From contig CATNEN010000038.1 in NCBI GenBank assembly GCA_950097015.1, forward strand, positions 24,304,001 through 24,368,000: a stretch of DNA of 64,000 bases, read 5' to 3'. The position numbers and the translations under genes are program-made. Position 1 is the stretch's first letter. The number at the start of each line of letters is the position of its first letter. The stretch comes from Macrostomum hystrix. Lineage: Eukaryota; Animalia; Platyhelminthes. This document shows, in pieces, positions 1-11,400 of this stretch. Under the pieces are notes generated by a model that saw only the letters and a program-made list of their open reading frames with translations, did no database searches and was not told the DNA's origin.

Positions 1-586
1 AATTGACCTTATTTTGTCCTTTAGTAATCAATTATTTCGTTAATTTGAACAAATTCTTGTTTGACATAAAGTATGTATATTAGCTTCTTGCCTGTTAGCA
101 GTTCTTGCTCCCTGGTACTTATAAGCTTTAAAAATTATTAAGACCATTATAGACCAAATAGGTAGCTAAAATATAAATAATTAGTTATTATAGCTATATG
201 GACACTATGTTGTGCATGCAGCAAGCTTAGAACTTTAATATTAATTAGTATGTTTATTAGGATTTGAATTATAATTAATTAAAAATATTCGAATCTTAAT
301 TATACTTTAAGATACACAATGTATTCAATTTAGCAGTGTATTTTAGTATCAGTGGTGACTCATAAAAAGGCTTAGTTTTTATATTGACAAGTTAAAAGTG
401 GCTTAGTTTACTATTGCTTCCTGCAGAGGATCAGAAAGAAATGCTATAAAACTAATTTGCCTGGAGGAATTTTTTATTCCTTAATGATATAGATGTGGTT
501 TATTTCTTTTCATTCCAGCCTTTTAAAATCAATCAATCAATCATTTTCTCTAGTCATTGTTTTGTCAATAAGGCTCTGATTTGAGC

Positions 587-3500
587 ATGACTTCCGGCTC
601 AGCTATCAATCATGCTCAACTAGCTGAGCTACCAGCGGCTCCTGTTTTGAACCCAACTCTAGACTACTTGGAAGATCTGGCCAGCTATCTATCTGAAGTG
701 GTTAGGCCACAGCTGAAAACCTCTAATGAACATTGTCTAATGTGTAAACTGGTGCTGCCAGATCAGCAGGCATTTGAAGACTGCTCAGATGCTGACTGCG
801 ACTCTGCTGAAGCCGACGACCAGAAGAAAGGATGGCGCCCACCGTCATTCTGTTTGGATCTTGATTTACTCAGATTTCCACCTTCTAGGCAGAGAATTGG
901 CGGCAAAGGTGGCGGCGTTTTTAACGTGCAAGGCCTGGGACCCGAGTGTCACTTGGCTGCGTTTGTTGCGCGCGCTGAAAATTCTCAAACTACTGCTGCC
1001 GGAGTTGCCGAAAGCAGCTCAGCTCAGCCTAGTATTGTGGAAGCCGAATTTTGGCGACTGTTTAACTCTAGTGAGTGACACTTTTCACATCCTGTCCATC
1101 ACCAGTAATCCACTAATCATTCCTCTTCAAATCCTGTCCAATCAGATCGATCGACTCTAAAACCCACCCCTCATTCGCTCCTCAGATCGTTTCTAATCAG
1201 ATCGATCGATTCTAAAAACCCACCTGTCATTCCCTCCTCAGATCCTGTCCAATAAGATTGATCGACTCTCTAACCCCACCAGTCATTCCCTCCGCAGAGC
1301 CTGTCCAATCAGATCGATCGACTCTCTAACCCCACCAGTCATTCCCTCCGCAGAGCCTGTCCAATCAGATTGAATCAGATTGATCGACCCTCTAACCCCA
1401 CCAGTCATTCCCTCCTCAGATCCTGTCCAATCAGATCGATCGACTCTCTAACCCCCACCAGTCATTCCCTCCTCAGATCCTGTCCAATCAGATCGATCGG
1501 CTCTCTAACCCCCACCAGTCATTCCCTCCTCAGATCCTGTCCAATCAGATCGATCGACTCTCTAACCCCCACCAGTCATTCCCTCCGCAGATCCTGTCCA
1601 ATCAGATCAATTGTCGTTTTGTTTTATTATTATTGATCCGTAAGTAAAATTCTATTTCGCCTTAACATTTCAAGCCTCGACGTCAGTCTTAGTTGAACAC
1701 GGCGATAAATTTCTGCCCGTTAGCGAAGATGACGGCTGGGAATTAGCGTCTAGTCTAGCCGATTGCGCCAACTTTGCCAACATTGCTGCTACATCGTTGG
1801 CGTCAACTACTAGTACTAGTTCATGGTGGCGCTGCCATATCGGCTCTAGATTAGTGTCCTCGTGTGGTCAAGGTCAAGGTCAAACGGACAACATCTTTCA
1901 ATCTGATTGGTCCGGAGTTGTGTCCTATCTGCACTGGGGCGAGCCGAGAATTTGGTATTGCTTATCAGGCGATAAGAATTCTAGCCAATCCGAGCTAAAC
2001 GGCTGGCGATCTATTCAGATGCCCGGCGAGTTTATTGTCCTCCTACCGGGAGCTCGTTACGCTTGGATTGACTGCGGCGTCAACTTTATGGAATCCGCTC
2101 GCTACTGTCCGCTTGCCTGGCTATCAGAGGCTCGTCTAGCTGGACTGCCGGCCGCTGTTGAGCGACAGGCTTTGCTAGAGGCCCTGGAAACAGCCATTGT
2201 GGAATCTGATTCTACCAATACTGGGCAGCAGCAGCAGCAACAGCTGCCTGCCAACTTAGCTGACATGCTTCTGGAAGAACTTAAGGTCAGTACTTTGACG
2301 CTTCTGACACTTATCCCAAAATCTTCTGACACTTTTCCTACATTTTACTGACACTAGGTCGCTATTATGGCAAATATAAAACTTGTACAATGTCCTCAAA
2401 TTGTTTAAAAAAATCGCAGCTATTTAAAACTGCCGAAGATGAATTGTCCACGGACACCAGTCAGCTGCTAACGTCGGGTCGAAGCTACCTGACCAATCTG
2501 CGCGACAGGTACACCAGCTGGCAAGTAGCTGTCAGCGCCATCGAACCAGCTGATGATTCAACTAATAGTAAGCCAACTCTTGCCCAACTGGAACAGCTCG
2601 CCTGGCAAGGCTTTGCCGAGCTCCGCCTGTCCCCAGTCGCCTGTCCGTCGCTGGCTCGCCTCCGCTGTCGAATTTGTTCGGCTAGGCGAGCCCGTCAAGT
2701 GGTTGCCGCACTCCTAGCCTTTCATCAGCTAGAAGATAAAGAGGATAGCAAGGACGCCAACTGCTCTAGGGATAAAGACAATCTTGGCGATGACGCCGAC
2801 AAAGAGGTCGAATCTATCGGCGTCAAGAAATCGCATCGCGCCGACGAGCACGAGGATGACATCGACGGTCAGGGCGAAGCTTCTAGACTGCGCCAACTTC
2901 GAAAGCGGCTGCGATTTCCCCGCTGCGGCGCTCGCGTCGGACGTTGCGTCAACAAAATCTCCGAGGCCAGTTTTGATGCCGTCTGTCGCCGACTCGATCG
3001 CCTGTCGTGTCGTCTAGCCGAAGATGAGGAAGACAATTTTGCTTCGCTAAGATTGCGTGTTGATAGCTGGCGCGAGAACTGCTCAGAATTAATGAGCACA
3101 GGTACGAATCTTGGGGTAGAAATCATTTCATAATTTTTGGTGGTACTTTGGGTTCGTGTACCAATGAAGGTCGAATGCTGCTCGACGAGAATGTCTATGG
3201 CCAGAACTAGCTGTTTCTGTCTTCTTCAACTGCCCATATTACTTTAGGCCATAGACACTTTCATCAATTCCTTGGTCTTTGGTTATATGTTTGATAAGTC
3301 GACAGAAAAACTGAATACCTGATAAGTAAGATAATAATTGATTACAAATTAGGTCCATGGACTGTGGGGGAGGGGCGCCACAACAATGATTTCCCCATTT
3401 AACAGCTGGGTGAACTGAAGCAACATAGAGTTAGGCGGCTTACTAACGACGCTTATTGTTTCATTGGAGTCGGGAATCGAACCTCTGACCTGCAGGCTTC

Positions 3501-6500
3501 TAGCAAGCTCAACGGAAAGCTTTTTGAACTGAGGAATTAAAAATGTTTTTTAATGAAAATTTTGAGATTCGAACCGACGACTTCGCTTTCATTTTTATCT
3601 TGATTATCGACTCTGGTTATTGGACTAAAACCTCTCCTGCGCAGGTGAGCAAGACGAATTTGAAGAGCCTGACGCTTCGATTGTAGCGTCCCTAGCAACT
3701 GAAGCGCGTCGCCTACCCGTTGCTATGGACGCTTGGCCATGGCTAGCGGCCGTCTATGAGAGACAATTGTTTTTAGCCGAAGCTCAAACAATACTACTAA
3801 GCGATTCAGCTGCCGGCAGAGATCAGTTAGCGACAAGGCTAAAATTGTTTCCAAGCGAATTGTCCCAGCTGTGCGCCAAAGGAGCTTCCTTGAGATCGCA
3901 GACACCCAGTTCTGAGGCCGCCGTGGCTCAACTGCTGGAGTTGCTAAAAGCTGGGCAGGAGTTGGAGACAAGGTAAACACTTTTAGCGACAGTTTTTTCT
4001 TATCTTAGATGCTATTTTCTTAATACTAACTCTACTCTAACTTCTACACTGCCATTTCCCTAATTCTACACTGCCATTTCCTAAAGTCTACACTGCCATT
4101 TCCTAAAGTCTACACTGCCATTTCCCTAATCTACACCGCCATTTAATAAAGTCTACACTGCCATTTCCCTAATTCTACTCTGCCATTTCCCTACTTCTAC
4201 ACTGCCATTTACCTAATTCTACACTGCCATTTCCTTACTTCTACACTGCCATTTTCCAAAGCTAGGCTGCCATTTTCCTAATGCTAGACTGCCATTTTCC
4301 AAAGCTAGGCTGCCATTTTCCAAAGCTAGGCTGCCATTTTCCTAATGCTAGACTGCCATTTTCCAAAGCTAGGCTGCCATTTTCCAATTGCTAGACTGCC
4401 ATTTCCCTAATTCTACACTGCCATTTTTCCAAAGCTAGGCTGCCATTTTTCCAAAGCTAGGCTGCCATTTTCCTAATGCTAGACTGCCATTTTCCAAAGC
4501 TAGACTGCCGTTTTCCAAAGCTAGGCTGCCATTTTCCTAATGCTAGACTGCCATTTTCCAAAGCTAGGCTGCCATTTTTCCAAAGCTAGGCTGCAATTTT
4601 TTCAAAGCTAGGCTGCCATTTTCCTAATGCTAGACTGCCATTTTCCAAAGCTAGTCTGCCATTTTCCAAAGCTAGGCTGCCATTTTCCAAAGCTAGGCTG
4701 TGATTTTCCAAAGCTAGACTGCCATTTTCCAATGCTAGACTGCCATTTTCCAATGCTAGGCTGCCATTTTCCAAAGCTAGGCTGCCATTTTCCAAAGCTA
4801 GGCTGCCATTTTCCAAATCCAGATTTCCGTTGAGTTTGAATCAAATTATATAATATTTCTACATTTTATACAGAGCTCGTCGCGTACTAGACACACGTCG
4901 GCGTTTACAACAAATGCAGCATCAGCAGTTGCAATTGGCCTCTTCAAATTCTCAACAGCAACAACAGCAGCATCAGCAGCAGCAGCAGCAGTTGCAGGCC
5001 TCACTATTAGATATCGAAGATATTCAAAGGCTAGTTGAAGATGGAACCAAATTGCCGTTGCGTTTAGCTTCAGTTGCAGTCACTGCGGAGCTGTTAGCCA
5101 AGATTCGCGACTGGTCGGAGACTGTGGCCTCGGAAACTGGCAACGGTATTGGCTTGCTGGCCTATCCAACATTGAGCACCCTGGAGCGTCTGTTGGATGA
5201 AGGCAGAAAATTTTGCGTCAAATTAGACCAATTGGGCGAGTTAGAGAGTCACGTTGCTCAAGCCAAAGGCTGGCTAGATCGAACCGCTAGAAACTTTCTA
5301 AAGAAGCATTCGCCACTGACGCTAATTCAGGTTGGATTTGTGAAACAGTTTTGTTAGCTTTGTAAATTCGTTACTTTTCCAAATTCGTTAATTTTCTAAA
5401 TTCGTTACTTTTCCTAATTCGTTACTTTTCTTAATTCGTTACTTTTCTTAATTCGTTACTTTTCTTAATTCGTTACTTTTCTTAATTCGTTACTTTTCTT
5501 AATTCGTTACTTTTCTAATTTCGTTACTTTTCTAAATTCGTTACTTTTCTAAATTCCGCGCTTTAAGGGCTTGCCGTGCAATTCGCGCCCTTGAGGGCCA
5601 ACCTCCAAGGCACAGTGAGAGTGTACTAACGATGTGCCGTTGCAACTAATATTATTCATTACTTCTCGAAAAGTAACTATTAAAAAGTAACGATTTTAAG
5701 TCTGTTTCTATTAGTAATGAAATTTACTTTTTTTAATTAACGTTTTCTGAGTTTTCAAGTAAAGTCTATTGTCACTGACTATAATTATCCTCCTATAATG
5801 TAAGGGTTCTTTACGTAAAAAAAGTAACAATTAAATCTCGACCAATTTATTTTTCAAGGTACTTTTGCCGCGTTCGCCAAAATCGTTTCTACGCGACTAC
5901 ACCAAATCTCCGAATAGTAACGCTTCAACTGTAGGCGCCACTGCCGCTAATTGTGCCCCTAGTCAAACTTTGGCATCGAATAAGAAAGGCTCGAGAAAGT
6001 CCGCTCAGTCGGCAGCCTCGTCAGCTAATCAGGCCTCGTCTACTAAGGTTGAAGCCAATCAGAGTGCGGCTGATCAGCAGCAGCAGGCTCTGGAACCTGT
6101 CGATCAGTTCTCGGCCGATATAACAGATGCGGAGCGAGTTTCACTCTATCAGGAATTGGCAGTCAGCGAACTGCAAGCTGCTATGGCTGCCAGGTGATGA
6201 TACATTTGTACATTTTTTTCTTTGAGGGCGGATAGCTCAGTCAGTAAGGTGTCGGACTCTGGATCAGATGGTCCTGGGTTCGACTCCCGACCTAGTCTAG
6301 AACTATTCGTGCAGCCTTTGGCAAGCTGCTTTGCCCTGATGTGCACAGTCTACTCAGCTGCAAATGAGTACCGACATTTCATCGGGTAGTAATAATTCCG
6401 GCTTGCGTGGAGTGGAATAAAGCAGTTCTGTGCGGCAATTCTGTGGGGTTTGGATGCTGCCGATATGTTTGGGAAAAACAAATTCCATGGCTGACACGCG

Positions 6501-8379
6501 GCTGTCAACCGGTGTCCGAGAGAGCCGGGAGTACAATAGGTGTGCAGTCCCCACCTGCTAGTGTGCTAGACACAACACCTGCACTGGCCCTTGGGTCTAG
6601 TGTCTTTAGGTGAAAATACCTAATTTTTTCTTTAGGTATTTCCTACTCAAAACTCGCCACGAACTCGAATCCGCGTCGACTCCACATAAATTTTGGTATT
6701 TTCATAAAATTTCTCCCCTTTAGGGTCTAACCCGCCAGGGCACAGATAGGTTTGACACTGCCTGACGATGAGAAAGAATTCTCACTTATAAAGATTCGAA
6801 TCTGACACAATAAAAACAATTTTTTATCCACTCTATTGACCTAAAGTTCTTCAAAGTTAAGCCAATTGCGAAGTTTCGGCAGCTATTCCGGTACCCCGTG
6901 AAGCCTTAATTATCCAAATATTTGTACTATCACTGAGCCTTGGAGATTGTCACTCGAGGACACAAACGCTCCGCCAGTCACCCTCCCCATTTGAGTCTTT
7001 GTCTTTGTACATCTGTTCAAACACCCACACCTCTACAGGCACCGCACAGGTCACGAACTGACCCTGGCGTCCACTTGCATCTGTGGTCAACGCAGCGGCG
7101 GCGGTGGTTTCATGCTGCAATGCGAACTTTGCCGTCACTGGTACCACGCTCAGTGTGTCACTCTGCCGAAGTACCTGAAGCCGAAGACACTCGCCGGAGG
7201 CGCAGCCTCAGTCTCTGCGATGCGGGCGGCACTTCGCGATTTAAAATATCTCTGCCAGGCCTGCGAGCGCGGTCGTAGACCGCGTGTTGAAACTATTCTA
7301 AGCCTGCTGTTGTCGTTGCAACGCCTGCCCTGTCCGCTACTGGCTGGCGTAGCCCTTCAATGCCTGACTGAGCGGGCAATGTCCTGGCAGGATCGGACTC
7401 ACTGTCTACTGTTGAGCAGTCCCGAACTTCGCCGAGCTCTCGTCTGTTTGGCGCGCACAATGAAATTGCAACTGCCCGATAAACTGCTGCGCCAGCTAAA
7501 CACCATGATTACAACTAGCGCTAGTGGCGCCGTCAATGCTCCTGCCGAAGCTTTAATGCCTGCTTCTAGTAGCTTGACAACTTCTGCTTCTGCTGTCGTC
7601 AACGCTGGCGCTTCTTCTTTAATCCAAGCCGGCGGTGGCGGCTCATCGGCCAGGAAGCCGCGCAAGTCACCGCTATTTCCTCGGGGGCCGGGAGCTGCCG
7701 CTGCCGCAGCCGCCGCAGCCGCAGCCGCCGCAGCAGCCGCAGCCGCTGCATCATCCGGATCGGCAGTATCCATGGGTTTGGGGAGCCTTGGCTTAGTCAG
7801 CCGAGAATCTCTAGCCATGCCTGGCTCGTCTCCTCCGTCTAATTCCATATCCGACGGTCCGTTCGGCGGCGCATCTCCGACATCGTCACTGATGCCTGCC
7901 AGGCGGCCTAGGATTGTTCTAAGCTCAGCAGCTCGATCTCAACTCGAATCGGCCATGCTAGAAGGCGACTTACTGGAGGTGTCGATGGAGGAATCGACCT
8001 GGTTGTGGCATCTGTTGCAGGCGAGCGCCCCAGATTTCGTTGCCGACTTTGATCAGGAAGAAGCTGCCATTGTTGTTAATAGACAGTTGGATTCTAGCGA
8101 TGAGGATGACGAAGCAGATGATGATGATGGTGAAGAAGAGCTTGCTGATGATTCAGACAATGAAGAAGACATGAAAAACATTGACGAAGCTGATGCTGAT
8201 GACAGCGACATTGATGCCGCCGAAGATGCTTACGGTGACGGAGATGTCTCCGATGCTTATTCAACTTCCGCCATCGCTTTGGCTCCTGTTATGCTGCCCT
8301 CGGCTGCTGCCGCTGCTGCCGCTGCTGCTTTGTCGGCTTCAAAACGACAGCCGAAGTCCTCAATGAAGCAGCAACAGCA

Positions 8380-8440
<61 letters not shown>

Positions 8441-11400
8441 AAGTATCAAAAGCAGCGTTGGCAGTCCAAAGCGAAGATTGCTCTGCAGCGCGGTCGGCAG
8501 CCAGTCAACAGACGCTCGTCCGATAGTGGCTCAGGGGCGGGTGGCAAACGGCCCGCCAGCTCCAGCGTGTCCTCCGCCGCCGCGGCATCGTCTGGCATCG
8601 TTGATAAACGACGGCGTCATGTGCGAACGCCAATGGAAGCGGTTGGTGCATTGTTTGATTGGTTTTTAATAATTGTGCAGCCGACAGCACAGCCGCAGCT
8701 GTTGCGTAGCGCATCTGAAGGCTGCGTGCGGCTGTTCAGTCCATGGACTGGGGGGACGCCACACCCACCTTCAATTACCCCAGATAATGCTTGTACTTTG
8801 TTAGCCCGGTTGCCAAAAAAAGTTGAATGGGCCACATTTTTTGGCCCACTAGTGGGCCAAAGTTTGGTTCTGAGCGGCCCACAGAAAGCCCACATTGACC
8901 CAGAAAGTGTTTAATGGCAGACACCGGGTCACACGGCGGCTCATACGGAGGCCCGTACAGGCCCGTACACGGCGGCCCACACAGGCCCATAAACGGCGGC
9001 CCTTACAGGCCCATACACGGCGGCCCATACAGGCCCGTACACGGCGGCCCATACAGGCCCATACACGGCGGCCCATTTTGGCTTGTATACACTGGCCCTT
9101 GATGGCCCATATTGGCCCACAAATACTGCCACATATACCGGCCCACATTGGCCCACACATACTGGCCCATTTTGGCCCACATATACTGCCACATATACTG
9201 GCCCATATTGGCCCACATATACTGGCCCATATTGGCCCACATATGCTGCCACATATACTGGCCCATATTGGCCCACATATACTGGCCCATATTGGCCCAC
9301 ATATGCTGGCCCATATTGGCCCACATATACTGGCCCATATTGGCCCACATACGCTGGTTCATATTGGCCCACATATGCTGGCCCATATTGGCTCACATAT
9401 ACTGGCCCATATTGGCCCACATATACTGGCCCATATTGGCCCACATATACTGACCCATATACTGGCCCATATTGGCCCACATATACTGGCCCATATTGGC
9501 CCACATATGCTGCCACATATACTGGCCCATATTGGCCCACATATACTGGCCCATATTGGCCCACATATGCTGCCACATATACTGGCCCATATTGGCCCAC
9601 ATATACTGCCACATATACTGGCCCATATTGGCCCACATATACTGCCACATATACTGGCCCATATTGGCCCACATATGCTGCCACATATACTGGCCCATAT
9701 TGGCTCACATATACTGGCCCATATTGGCCCACATATACTGGCCCATATTGGCCCACATATACTGGCCCATATTGGCCCACATATACTGGCCCATATTGGC
9801 CCACATATACTGCCACATATACTGGCCCATATTGGCCCACATATACTGACCCATATTGGCCCATATTGGCCCACATACGCTGGTTCATATTGGCCCACAT
9901 ATACTGGCCCATATTGGCCCACATATACTGGCCCATATTGGCTCACATATACTGGCCCATATTGGCCCACATATACTGACCCATATTGGCCCATATTGGC
10001 CCACATATCCCAGCCTATATTGGCCTACATATACTGGCCCATATTGGCCCACATACGCTGGCCCATATTGGCTGGTCCATATATTATAGCGCATAGGGCC
10101 AAAGTAATTACTAATTACTATAAAAAACAAGTACCTATTTCTCTTTAATACGGCTTGGCTCTTAAATATTTACTTGCCATGTAACTAATTGTGAATGGAT
10201 TGTGAATGAGCAATGCTTGTATTGCGCAAAACTTGCACAGCAACATGTGTAGGATACAAGTAGGAAACAAATTAATAGAAAGATTGTAACGCATGGATTG
10301 ATTGGTTGACTGAAAGGTTCAGTCATGTAGGACACATTTGGTTTTCATAACCACATACTCTCCGCTGCATCTATAGTCTAGGTTTTCTTCTTCGCTTCAG
10401 CAGCTGACAGATCCCGCAATGGCCGCTTACGACGAGGCAACGACTTCATAGCTTCGATAGGCGCTTCAGGGGGTGTAGGGGGCATCTCGATTGCCCAAAA
10501 CTGGGCATCGCCAGTTCGAATCTTCGGCTGGTTGCTGCGATGCCTGCCGGCCACCTGTAGCCTCTTTCTTCGACTCTCAGGCGACAGATCGGCAAACCAG
10601 GCCTCGCAGTCCGGACAACAGTGCGCCTGGAGCTCCAGTCTGTCCTCTTTGCGTCGGCAGACATGCACACAGGCCGGCCCGGAGCTTCTCTCTGGAAGCC
10701 GATTGTAATCCGCTCGAATTTCAGCCGCCGTCTTTCCTTCGAATATGCCGCCTAAGGCGTGCCGACGAACCCCGTCTCTGGGGCCTGCGGCCTCAGACCC
10801 ATCATCGCCGCACTCGCCGGGGCCCTGGGTCTCAGACCCATCATCGCCGCATCATCATCATATATATTCTCGGGATCGGGATCGGGATTGGGATATATAT
10901 ATATACTCGGGATCGAGTACCTTCAACCCTTAATCGATACTTTATCACTTTGAAACCTTCAAGACGAACAAATCAGTTACAAAATCACTGCGGGGAACAA
11001 TCGCTTAAGGATCGATATCGGCGGCATCGTTTTCGCCGGCTCCGGCGGCAACAGTGGCAGTAGCTGCGGCGCCAGCGTTGTCGCCGACAACGGAGGCACC
11101 AGCTGCCGCGGCAGTCGGGACATCGGCGGCGGTAACGGTCTGCAGTCCCCTCTGCGTACGGGCCGTGCGCCTGAAAACGCTGCCCAGTAGAGTATCCGGC
11201 AAGCGTTTGGTCTGTGTGAGAACGAAGAAAGTGAAGTAATGAAAAACTAATATTCTAACAGTTTATATACAATGTATTCCGATGCTGTAGACATGACGCT
11301 GCACTAAATCGCCCAAAATAGTAGTACAACTAGTGTAGAACAGCAATGCACATAATATTATGTACTAAAGAAAAGAAAAAGAAAAAGAAACAGTTAGTGT

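Noticed and set aside
6224-6295. tRNA genes (also at 16925, 28845, 31286, 36550)
   Set aside because: No complete cloverleaf; where followed further they continue into shared SINE bodies, so they are SINE heads
6755-6790. Hammerhead-like CTGACGA...GAAA motif
   Set aside because: It matches a fragment of SINE family B (ACACTGCCTGACGATGAGAAAG), and hammerhead stems could not be built
8642-8914. C-terminal part of the 600-aa ORF 7112-8914
   Set aside because: Reads through the splice donor at 8642 into SINE and transposon sequence; the true frame resumes at 14929
8895-10148. Long ORFs in several frames ([24 protein letters not shown] repeats), also at 13228-14707
   Set aside because: Artefacts of a stop-poor 24-bp tandem repeat that is open on both strands
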